DNA from: Eledone cirrhosa
Taxonomy: Eukaryota
Assembly: GCA_964016885.1 (NCBI GenBank)
Contig: OZ024740.1
Location: 9,610,001 to 9,674,000 of the forward strand
DNA length: 64,000 nucleotides
Direction of reading: 5' to 3'
Shown: in pieces, positions 52,501 through 64,000 of the stretch
Layout of the letters: the number at the start of each line of letters is the position of its first letter
Position numbering within the stretch: position 1 is the first letter of the stretch
The notes under the pieces: generated by a model
Database searches by the model: none
The model's input: only the letters and a program-made list of their open reading frames with translations
Told to the model about the DNA's origin: nothing
Position numbers and translations under genes: made by a program

Positions 52501-55500
52501 AGGTTTGTCACCAGACTGAGAAAGGGGTGCTGGTGGTAGTCTTGTGGTTGATGTGACCACTGGTCATCTGGTTTAGGTTTGTCACCAGACTGAGAAAGAG
52601 GTGCTGGTGGTAGTCTTGTGGTGGATGTGACCTCTGGTCATCTGGTTTAGGTTTGTCACCAGACTGAGATAGGGGTGCTGGTGGTAGTCTTGTGGTTGAT
52701 GTGACCACTGGTCATCTGGTTTAGGTTTGTCACCAGACAGAGAAAGGGGTGCTGGTGGTAGTCTTGTGGTTGATGTGACCACTGTTCATCTGGTTTAGGT
52801 TTGTCACCAGACTGAGAAAGGGGTGCTGGTGATAGTCTTGTGGTTGATGTGACCACTGGTCATCTGGTTTAGGCTTGTCACCAGACTGAGAGAGAGGTGC
52901 TAGTGGTAGTCTTGTGGTTGATGTGACCACTGGTCATCTAATCTAGCCTTGTCACCAGACTGAGAAAGGGGTGCTGGTGGTAGTCTTGCGGTTGATGTGA
53001 CCTCTGGTCATCTGGTTTAGGTTTGTCACCAGACTGAGAGAGAGGTGCTAGTGGTAGTCTTGTGGTTGATGTGACCACTGGTCATCTAGTCTAGCCTTAT
53101 CACCAGACTGAGAAAGGGGTGCTGGTGGTAGTCATGTGGTTGATGTGACCTCTGGTCATCTGGTTTAGGTTTGTCACCAGACTGAGAGAGAGGTGCTAGT
53201 GGTAGTCTTGTGGTTGATGTGACCACTGGTCATCTGGTTTAGGTTTGTCACCAGACAGAGAAAGGGGTGCTGGTGGTAGTCTTGTGGTTGATGTGACCAC
53301 TGGTCATCTGGTTTAGGTTTGTCACCAGACAGAGAAAGGGGTGCTGGTGGTAATCTTGTGGTTGATGTGACCACTGGTCATCTGGTTTAGGTTTGTCACC
53401 AGACAGAGAAAGGGGTGCTGGTGGTAGTCTTGTGGTTGATGTGACCACTGGTCATCTGGTTTAGGTTTGTCACCAGACAGAGAAAGGGGTGCAGGTGGTA
53501 GTCTTGTGGTTGATGTGGCCACTGGTCATCTGGTTTAGGTTTGTCACCAGACAGTGAAAGGGGTGCTGGTGGTAGTATTGTGGTTGATGTGACCACTGGT
53601 CATCTGGTTTAGGTTTGTCACCAGACTGAGAGAGGGGTGCTGGTGGTAGTCTTGTGGTTGATGTGACCACTGGCCATCTGGTTTAGGTTTGTCACCAGAC
53701 TGAGAAAGGGGTGCTGGTGGTAGTCTTGTGGTTGATGTGACCTCTGGTCATCTGGTTTAGGTTTGTCACCACACTGAGAAAGGGGTGCTGGTGGTAGTCT
53801 TGTGGTTGATGTGACCACTGGTCATCTGGTTTAGGTTTGTCACCAGACTGAGAAAGAGGTGCTGGTGGTAGTCTTGTGGTGGATGTGACCTCTGGTCATC
53901 TGGTTTAGGTTTGTCACCAGACTGAGATAGGGGTGCTGGTGGTAGTCTTGTGGTTGATGTGACCTCTGGTCATCTGGTTTAGGTTTGTCACCAGACTGAG
54001 AAAGGGGTGCTGGTGGTAGTCTTGTGGTTGATGTGACCACTGGTCATCTGGTTTAGGTTTGTCACCAGACAGAGAAAGGGGTGCTGGTGGTAATCTTGTG
54101 GTTGATGTGACCACTGGTCATCTGGTTTAGGTTTGTCACCAGACAGAGAAAGGGGTGCTGGTGGTAGTCTTGTGGTTGATGTGACCACTGGTCATCTGGT
54201 TTAGGTTTGTCACCAGACAGAGAAAGGGGTGCTGGTGGTAGTCTTGTGGTTGATGTGACCACTGGTCATCTGGTTTAGGTTTGTCACCAGACAGTGAAAG
54301 GGGTGCTGGTGGTAGTATTGTGGTTGATGTGACCACTGGTCATCTGGTTTAGGTTTGTCACCAGAATGAGAAAGGGGTGCTGGTGGTAGTCTTGTGTTTG
54401 ATGTGACCACTGTTCATCTGGTTTAGGTTTGTCACCAGACAGAGAAAGGGGTGCTGGTGATAGTCTTGTGGTTGATGTGACCACTGGTCATCTGGTTTAG
54501 GCTTGTCACCAGACTGAGAGAGAGGTGCTAGTGGTAGTCTTGGGGTTCATGTGACCACTGGTCATCTAATCTAGCCTTGTCACCAGACTGAGAAAGGGGT
54601 GCTGGTGGTAGTCTTGCGGTTGATGTGACCTCTGGTCATCTGGTTTAGGTTTGTCACCAGACTGAGAGAGAGGTGCTAGTGGTAGTCTTGTGGTTGATGT
54701 GACCACTGGTCATCTGGTTTAGGTTTGTCACCAGACTGAGAGAGGGCTGCTGGTGGTAGTCTTGTGGTTGATGTGACCACTGGTCATCTGGTTTAGGTTT
54801 GTCACCAGACTGAGAAATGGGTGCTGGTGGTAGTCTTGTGGTTGATGTGACCACTGGTCATCTGGTTTAGGTTTGTCACCAGACTGAGAAAGGGGTGCTG
54901 GTGGTAATCTTGTGGTTGATGTGACCACTGGTCATCTGGTTTAGGTTTGTCACCAGACAGAGAAAGGGGTGCTGGTGGTAGTCTTGTGGTTGATGTGACC
55001 ACTGGTCATCTGGTTTAGGTTTGTCACCAGACTGAGAAAGGGGTGCTGGTGGTAATCTTGTGGTTGATGTGACCACTGGTCATCTGGTTTAGGTTTGTCA
55101 CCAGACAGAGAAAGGGGTGCTGGTGGTAGTCTTGTGGTTGATGTGACCACTGGTCATCTGGTTTAGGTTTGTCACCAGACAGAGAAAGGGGTGCTGGTGG
55201 TAGTCTTGTGGTTGATGTGACCACTGGTCATCTGGTTTAGGTTTGTCACCAGACTGAGAAAGGGGTGCTGGTGGTAATCTTGTGGTTGATGTGACCACTG
55301 GTCATCTGGTTTAGGTTTGTCACCAGACAGAGAAAGGGGTGCTGGTGGTAGTCTTGTGGTTGATGTGACCACTGGTCATCTGGTTTAGGTTTGTCACCAG
55401 ACAGTGAAAGGGGTGCTGGTGGTAGTATTGTGGTTGATGTGACCACTGGTCATCTGGTTTAGGTTTGTCACCAGACAGAGAAAGGGGTGCTGGTGGTAGT

Positions 55501-58500
55501 CTTGTGGTTGATGTGACCACTGGTCATCTGGTTTAGGTTTGTCACCAGACAGTGAAAGGGGTGCTGGTGGTAGTATTGTGGTTGATGTGACCACTGGTCA
55601 TCTGGTTTAGGTTTGTCACCAGACTGAGAAAGGGGTGCTGGTGGTAGTCTTGTGTTTGATGTGACCACTGTTCATCTGGTTTAGGTTTGTCACCAGACAG
55701 AGAAAGGGGTGCTGGTGATAGTCTTGTGGTTGATGTGACCACTAGTCATCTGGTTTAGGCTTGTCACCAGACTGAGAGAGAGGTGCTAGTGGTAGTCTTG
55801 TGGTTGATGTGACCACTGGTCATCTAGTCTAGCCTTGTCACCAGACTGAGAAAGGGGTGCTGGTGGTAGTCTTGTGGTTGATGTGACCTCTGGTCATCTG
55901 GTTTAGGCTTGTCACAAGACTGAGTGAGATGTGCTGGTGGTAGTCTTGTGGTTGATGTGACCACTGGTCATCTGGTTTAGGTTTTTCACCAGACAGAGAG
56001 TGGGGTGCTGGTGATAGTCTTGTTGTGGATGTGACCACTGGTCATCTGGTTTAGGCTTGTCACCAGACTGAGAGAGGGGTGCTTGTGGTTGATGTGACCA
56101 CTGGCCATCTGGTTTAGGCTTGTCACCAGACTGAGAGAGAGGTGCTGGTGGTTGTCTTGTGGTTGATGTGACCACTGGTCATCTGGTTTAGTTTTTTCAC
56201 CAGACTGAGAGTGGGGTGCTGGTGATAGTCTTGTGGTTGATGTGACCACTGGTCATCTGGTTTAGGCTTGTCACCATACTGAGAGAGGGGTGCTGGTTGT
56301 AGTCTTGTGGCTGATGTGACCACTGGTCATCTGGTTTATGCTTGTCACCAGACTGAGAGAGGTGCTGGTGGTTGTCTTGTGGTTGATGTGACCACTGGTC
56401 ATCTGGTTTAGGCTCGTCACGAGACTGAGAGAGGGTTGCTGGTGGTAGTATTGTGGTTGATGTGCCCACTGGTCATCTGGTTTAGGCTTGTCACCAGACT
56501 TAGAGAGGGTGCTGGTGGTTGTCTTGTGGTTGATGTGACCACTGGTCATCTGGTTTAGGTTTGTCACCAGACTGAGAGAGGGGTGCTGGTGGTAGTCTTG
56601 TGGTTGATGTGACCACTGGTCATCTGGTTTTAGTTTTGTCACCAGAGTGACAGAGAGGTGCTGGTGGTAGTCTTGTGGTTGATGTGACCACTGGTCATCT
56701 GGTTTAGGTTTGTCACCAGACTGAGAGAGGGGTGCTTGTGGTAGTATTGTGGTTGATGTGACCACTGGTCATCTGGTTTAGGCTTGTCACCAGACTGAGA
56801 GAGGGGTGCTGGTGGTAGTCTTGTGGTTGATGTGACCACTGGTCATCTGGTTTAGGTTTGTCACCAGACTGAGAAAGGGGTGCTGGTGGTAGTCTTGTGG
56901 TTGATGGTACCACTGGTCATCTGGTTTAGGCTTGTCGCCAGACTGAGAGAGGGGTGCTGATGGTAGTCTTGTGGTTGATGTGACCACTGGTCATCTGGTT
57001 TAGGTTTGTCACCAGACTGAGAAAGGGGTGCTGGTGGTAGTCTTGTGGTCGATGTGACCACTGGTCATCTGGTCTAGGTTTGTCACCAGACTGAGAGAGG
57101 GGTGCTGGTGGTAGTTTTGTGGTTGATGTGACCACTGGTCATCTGGTTTAGGTTTTTCACCGGACTGAGAGTGGGGTGCTGGTGATAGTCTTGTGGTTGA
57201 TGTGACCACTGGTCATCTGGTTTAGGCTTGTCACCAGACTGAGAGAGGGGTGCTTGTGGTAGTATTGTGGTTGATGTGACCACTGGTCATCTGGTTTAGG
57301 CTTGTCACCAGACTGAGAGAGGGGTGCTGGTGGTAGTCTTGTGGTTGATGTGACCACTGGTCATCTGGTTTAGGCTTGTCACCAGACTGAGAGAGGTGTG
57401 CTGGTGGTAGTCTTGTGGTTGATGTGACCACTGGTCATCTGGTTTTAGTTTTGTCACCAGACTGAGAAAGGGGTGCTGGTGGTAGTCTTGTGGTTGATGT
57501 GACCACTGGTCATCTGGTTTAGGTTTGTCACCAGACTGAGAGAGGGGTGCTTGTGGTAGTATTGTGGTTGATGTGACCACTGGTCATCTGGTTTAGGCTT
57601 GTCACCAGACTGAGAGAGGGGTGCTGGTGGTAGTCTTGTGGTTGATGTGACCACTGGTCATCTGGTTTAGGCTTGTCACCAGACTGAGAGAGGTGTGCTG
57701 GTGGTAGTCTTGTGGTTGATGTGACCACTGGTCATCTGGTTTAGGCTTGTCACCAGACTGAGAGAGGGGTGCTGGTGGTAGTCTTGTGGTTGATGTGACC
57801 ACTGGTCATCTGGTTTAGGCTTGTCACCATACTGAGAGAGGGGTGCTGGTGGGTGTCTTGTGGTTGATGTGACCACTGGTCATCTGGTTTAGGTTTTTCA
57901 CCAGACTGAGAGTAGGGTGCTGGTGGTAGTCTTGTGGTTGATGTGACCACTGGTCATCTAGTCTAGCCTTGTCACCAGACTGAGAAAGGGGTGCTGGTGG
58001 TAGTCTTGTGGTTGATGTGACCTCTGGTCATCTGGTTTAGGCTTGTCACAAGACTGAGTGAGATGTGCTGGTGGTAGTCTTGTGGTTGATGTGACCACTG
58101 GTCATCTGGTTTAGGTTTTTCACCAGACTGAGAGTGGGGTGCTGGTGATAGTCTTGTTGTGGATGTGACCACTGGTCATCTGTTTTAGGCTTGTCACCAG
58201 ACTGAGAGAGGGGTGCTGGTGGTTGATGTGACCACTGGCCATCTGGTTTAGGCTTGTCACCAGACTGAGAGAGAGGTGCTGGTGGTTGTCTTGTGGTTGA
58301 TGTGACCACTGGTCATCTGGTTTAGTTTTTTCACCAGACTGAGAGTGGGGTGCTGGTGATAGTCTTGTGGTTGATGTGACCACTGGTCATCTGGTTTAGG
58401 CTTGTCACCATACTGAGAGAGGGGTGCTGGTGGTAGTCTTGTGGCTGATGTGACCACTGGTCATCTGGTTTATGCTTGTCACCAGACTGAGAGAGAGGTG

Positions 58501-61500
58501 CTGGTGGTTGTCTTGTGGTTGATGTGACCACTGGTCATCAGGTTTAGGTTTTTCACCAGACTGAGAGAGGGGTGCTGGTGGTAGTCTTGTGGTTGATGTG
58601 ACCACTGGTCATCAGGTTTAGGTTTTTCACCAGACTGAGAGAGGGGTGCTGGTGGTAGTCTTGTGGTTGATGTGACCACTGGTCATCTGGTTTAGGCTCG
58701 TCACGAGACTGAGAGAGTGGTGCTGGTGGTAGTATTGTGGTTGATGTGACCACTGGTCATCTGGTTTAGGCTTGTCACCAGACTTAGAGAGGGGTGCTGG
58801 TGGTTGTCTTGTGGTTGATGTGATCACTGGTCATCTGGTTTAGGTTTGTCACCAGACTGAGAGAGGGGTGCTGGTGGTAGTCTTGTGGTTGATGTGACCA
58901 CTGGTCATCTGGTTTTAGTTTTGTCACCAGAGTGAGAGAGGGGTGCTGGTGGTAGTCTTGTGGTTGATGTGACCACTGGTCATCTGGTTTAGGTTTGTCA
59001 CCAGACAGAGAGAGGGGTGCTTGTGGTAGTATTATGGTTGATGTGACCACTGGTCATCTGGTTTAGGCTTGTCACCAGACTGAGAGGGGTGCTGGTGGTA
59101 GTCTTGTGGTTGATGTGACCACTGGTCATCTGGTTTAGGTTTGTCACCAGACTGAGAAAGGGGTGCTGGTGGTAGTCTTGTGGTTGATGGTACCACTGGT
59201 CATCTGGTTTAGGCTTGTCACCAGACTGAGAGAGGTGTGCTGGTGGTAGTCTTGTGGTTGATGTGACCACTGGTCATCTGGTTTAGGTTTGTCACCAGAC
59301 TGAGAAAGGGGTGCTGGTGGTAGTCTTGTGGTCGATGTGACCACTGGTCATCTGGTCTAGGTTTGTCACCAGACTGAGAGAGGGGTGCTGGTGGTAGTCT
59401 TGTGGTTGATGTGACCACTGGTCATCTGGTTTAGGTTTGTCACCAGACTGAGAAAGGGGTGCTGGTGGTAGTCTTGTGGTCGATGTGACCACTGGTCATC
59501 TGGTCTAGGTTTGTCACCAGACTGAGAGAGGGGTGCTGGTGGTAGTCTTGTGGTTGATGTCACCACTGGTCATCTGGTTTAGGCTTGTCACCAGACTGAG
59601 AGAGGGGTGCTGGTGGTAGTCTTGTGGTTGGTGTGACCACTGGTCATCTGGTTTTAGTTTTGTCACCAGACTGAGAAAGGCGTGCTGGTGGTAGTCTTGT
59701 GGTTGATGTGACCACTGGTCATCTGGTTTTAGTTTTGTCACCAGACTGAGAAAGGCGTGCTGGTGGTAGTCTTGTGGTTGATGTGACCACTGGTCATCTG
59801 GTTTAGGTTTGTCACCAGACTGAGAGAGGGGTGCTTGTGGTAGTATTGTGGTTGATGTGACCACTGGTCATCTGGTTTAGGCTTGTCACCAGACTGAGAG
59901 AGGGGTGCTGGTGGTAGTCTTGTGGTTGATGTGACCACTGGTCATCTGGTTTAGGCTTGTCACCAGACTGAGAGAGGTGTGCTGGTGGTAGTCTTGTGGT
60001 TGATGTGACCACTGGTCATCTGGTTTAGGCTTGTCACCAGACTGAGAGAGAGGTGGTGGTGGTAGTCTTGTGGTTGATGTGACCACTGGTCATCTGGTTT
60101 AGGCTTGTCACCATACTGAGAGAGAGGTGCTGGTGGGTGTCTTGTGGTTGATGTGACCACTGGTCATCTGGTTTAGGTTTTTCACCAGACTGAGAGTAAG
60201 GTGCTGGTGGTAGTCTTGTGGTTGATGTGACCACTGGTCATCTAGTCTAGCCTTGTCACCAGACTGAGAGAGAGGTGCTGGTGGTTGTCTTGTGGTTGAT
60301 GTGACCACTGGTCATCAGGTTTAGGTTTTTCACCAGACTGAGAGTGGGGTGCTGGTGATAGTCTTGTGGTTGATGTGACCACTGGTCATCTGGTTTAGGC
60401 TTGTCACCAGACTGAGAGAGGGGTGCTGGTGGTAGTCTTGTGGTTGATGTGACCACTGGTCATCTGGTTTTAGTTTTGTCACCAGAGTGAGAGAGGGGTG
60501 CTGGTGGTAGTCTTGTGGTTGATGTGACCACTGGTCATCTGGTTTAGGTTTGTCACCAGACTGAGAGAGGGGTGCTTGTGGTAGTATTGTGGTTGATGTG
60601 ACCACTGGTCATCTGGTTTAGGCTTGTCACCAGACTGAGAGAGGGGTGCTGGTGGTAGTCTTGTGGTTGATGTGACCACTGGTCATCTGGTTTAGGTTTG
60701 TCACCAGACTGAGAAAGGGGTGCTGGTGGTAGTCTTGTGGTCGATGTGACCACTGGTCATCTGGTCTAGGTTTGTCACCAGACTGAGAGAGGGGTGCTGG
60801 TGGTAGTCTTGTGGTTGATGTGACCACTGGTCATCTGGTTTAGGTTTTTCACCGGACTGAGAGTGGGGTGCTGGTGGTAGTCTTGTGGTTGATGTGACCA
60901 CTGGTCATCTGGTTTTAGTTTTGTCACCAGACTGAGAGAGGGGTGCTGGTGGTAGTCTTGTGGTTGATGTGACCACTGGTCATCTGGTTTTAGTTTGTCA
61001 CCAGACTGAGATAGGGGTGCTGGTAGTAGTCTTGTGGTTGATGTGACCACTGGTCATCTGGTTTAGGCTTGTCACCAGACTGAGAGAGGGGTGCTGGTGG
61101 TAGTCTTGTGGTTGATGTGACCACTGGTCATCTAGTCTAGCCTTGTCACCAGACTGAGAAAGGGGTGCTGGTGGTAGTCTTGTGGTTGATGTGACCTCTG
61201 GTCATCTGGTTTAGGCTTGTCACAAGACTGAGTGAGATGTGCTGGTGGTTGTCTTGTGGTTGATGTGACCACTGGTCATCTGGTTTAGGTTTTTCACCAA
61301 ACTGAGAAGTGGGGTGCTGGTGATAGTCTTGTTGTGGATGTGACCACTGGTCATCAGGTTTAGCTTTTTCACCAGGCTGAGAGTGGGGTGATGGTGATAG
61401 TCTTGTGGTTGATGTGACCACTGGTCATCTGGTTTAGGCTTGTCACCAGACTGAGAGAGGGGTGCTGGTGGTAGTCTTGTGGTTGATGTGACCACTGGTC

Positions 61501-64000
61501 ATCTGGTTTAGGCTTGTCACCAGACTGAGAGATGGGTGCTGGTGGTTGTCTTGTGGTTGATGTGACCACTGGTCATCAGGTTTAGGTTTGTCACCAGGCT
61601 GAGAGAGAGGTGCTGGTGGTAGTCTTGTGGTTGATGTGACCACTGGTCATCTGGTTTAGGTTTTTCACCAGACTGAGAAAGGGGTGCTGGTGATAGTCTT
61701 GTGGTTGATGTGACCACTGGTCATCAGGTTTAGGTTTTTCACCAGACTGAGAGAGGGGTGCTGGTGGTAGTCTTGTGGTTGATGTGACCACTGGTCATCT
61801 GGTTTAGGCTCGTCACGAGACTGAGAGAGTGGTGCTGGTGGTAGTATTGTGGTTGATGTGACCACTGGTCATCTGGTTTAGGCTTGTCACCAGACTTAGA
61901 GAGGGGTGCTGGTGGTTGTCTTGTGGTTGATGTGATCACTGGTCATCTGGTTTAGGTTTGTCACCAGACTGAGAGAGGGGTGCTGGTGGTAGTCTTGTGG
62001 TTGATGTGACCACTGGTCATCTGGTTTTAGTTTTGTCACCAGAGTGAGAGAGGGGTGCTGGTGGTAGTCTTGTGGTTGATGTGACCACTGGTCATCTGGT
62101 TTAGGTTTGTCACCAGACAGAGAGAGGGGTGCTTGTGGTAGTATTATGGTTGATGTGACCACTGGTCATCTGGTTTAGGCTTGTCACCAGACTGAGAGGG
62201 GTGCTGGTGGTAGTCTTGTGGTTGATGTGACCACTGGTCATCTGGTTTAGGTTTGTCACCAGACTGAGAAAGGGGTGCTGGTGGTAGTCTTGTGGTTGAT
62301 GGTACCACTGGTCATCTGGTTTAGGCTTGTCACCAGACTGAGAGAGGTGTGCTGGTGGTAGTCTTGTGGTTGATGTGACCACTGGTCATCTGGTTTAGGT
62401 TTGTCACCAGACTGAGAAAGGGGTGCTGGTGGTAGTCTTGTGGTCGATGTGACCACTGGTCATCTGGTCTAGGTTTGTCACCAGACTGAGAGAGGGGTGC
62501 TGGTGGTAGTCTTGTGGTTGATGTGACCACTGGTCATCTGGTTTAGGTTTGTCACCAGACTGAGAAAGGGGTGCTGGTGGTAGTCTTGTGGTCGATGTGA
62601 CCACTGGTCATCTGGTCTAGGTTTGTCACCAGACTGAGAGAGGGGTGCTGGTGGTAGTCTTGTGGTTGATGTCACCACTGGTCATCTGGTTTAGGCTTGT
62701 CACCAGACTGAGAGAGGGGTGCTGGTGGTAGTCTTGTGGTTGGTGTGACCACTGGTCATCTGGTTTTAGTTTTGTCACCAGACTGAGAAAGGCGTGCTGG
62801 TGGTAGTCTTGTGGTTGATGTGACCACTGGTCATCTGGTTTTAGTTTTGTCACCAGACTGAGAAAGGCGTGCTGGTGGTAGTCTTGTGGTTGATGTGACC
62901 ACTGGTCATCTGGTTTAGGTTTGTCACCAGACTGAGAGAGGGGTGCTTGTGGTAGTATTGTGGTTGATGTGACCACTGGTCATCTGGTTTAGGCTTGTCA
63001 CCAGACTGAGAGAGGGGTGCTGGTGGTAGTCTTGTGGTTGATGTGACCACTGGTCATCTGGTTTAGGCTTGTCACCAGACTGAGAGAGGTGTGCTGGTGG
63101 TAGTCTTGTGGTTGATGTGACCACTGGTCATCTGGTTTAGGCTTGTCACCAGACTGAGAGAGAGGTGGTGGTGGTAGTCTTGTGGTTGATGTGACCACTG
63201 GTCATCTGGTTTAGGCTTGTCACCATACTGAGAGAGAGGTGCTGGTGGGTGTCTTGTGGTTGATGTGACCACTGGTCATCTGGTTTAGGTTTTTCACCAG
63301 ACTGAGAGTAAGGTGCTGGTGGTAGTCTTGTGGTTGATGTGACCACTGGTCATCTAGTCTAGCCTTGTCACCAGACTGAGAGAGAGGTGCTGGTGGTTGT
63401 CTTGTGGTTGATGTGACCACTGGTCATCAGGTTTAGGTTTTTCACCAGACTGAGAGTGGGGTGCTGGTGATAGTCTTGTGGTTGATGTGACCACTGGTCA
63501 TCTGGTTTAGGCTTGTCACCAGACTGAGAGAGGGGTGCTGGTGGTAGTCTTGTGGTTGATGTGACCACTGGTCATCTGGTTTTAGTTTTGTCACCAGAGT
63601 GAGAGAGGGGTGCTGGTGGTAGTCTTGTGGTTGATGTGACCACTGGTCATCTGGTTTAGGTTTGTCACCAGACTGAGAGAGGGGTGCTTGTGGTAGTATT
63701 GTGGTTGATGTGACCACTGGTCATCTGGTTTAGGCTTGTCACCAGACTGAGAGAGGGGTGCTGGTGGTAGTCTTGTGGTTGATGTGACCACTGGTCATCT
63801 GGTTTAGGTTTGTCACCAGACTGAGAAAGGGGTGCTGGTGGTAGTCTTGTGGTCGATGTGACCACTGGTCATCTGGTCTAGGTTTGTCACCAGACTGAGA
63901 GAGGGGTGCTGGTGGTAGTCTTGTGGTTGATGTGACCACTGGTCATCTGGTTTAGGTTTTTCACCGGACTGAGAGTGGGGTGCTGGTGGTAGTCTTGTGG
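34521..64000. repeat. 74-bp satellite, ~400 copies, continues past the window (GTTGATGTGACCACTGGTCATCTGGTTTAGGYTTGTCACCAGACTGAGARAGGGGTGCTGGTGGTAGTCTTGTG)
   Basis: ORF starts recur every 74 bp. Rare 63-, 72- and 75-bp units. Confidence 0.99.

Noticed and set aside
34556-63939. Hundreds of 66-aa minus-strand ORFs (MVTSTTRLPP...)
   Set aside because: Each simply reads about 2.7 monomers through three frames of the 74-bp unit; not a gene family.
7812-64000. CRISPR-like arrays of palindromic repeats
   Set aside because: No unique spacers, no cas genes, eukaryotic context.
34521-64000. 74-bp unit as a tRNA tandem array or hammerhead satellite
   Set aside because: No cloverleaf or TTC loop could be built; the minus-strand CAGATGA lacks a GAAA partner.

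Overview
Eukaryotic, repeat-dominated window, probably Octopus (inferred from a SINE I recognise as the abundant octopus tRNA-derived family). No intact protein-coding gene is present. Positions 1-1800 (-) hold a 5'-truncated, disrupted Penelope-like retroelement (PLE) encoding RT plus a C-terminal GIY-YIG endonuclease, with a CxCx5C linker. It sits back-to-back with a ~510-bp pseudo-LTR-like segment on + that carries a complete type I hammerhead ribozyme (2203-2296). The ribozyme has the covariant core UUGAUAA (U3-A8), a long stem-II insert and a GUC cleavage site. Positions 2.3-3.9 kb are (TA)n tracts separating repeat fragments, one with a decayed hammerhead-like motif. Positions 4029-7803 are a single SINE insertion bounded by a 16-bp target-site duplication, whose 45-bp A-box head is tandemly amplified about 80 times. 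This is followed directly by a ~26.7-kb 57-bp palindrome-rich satellite, which abuts through a 3-bp microhomology a >=29.5-kb 74-bp satellite running off the window. Both large arrays contain multi-kb internal duplications. Nearly all ORFs beyond 1.8 kb are repeat artefacts.
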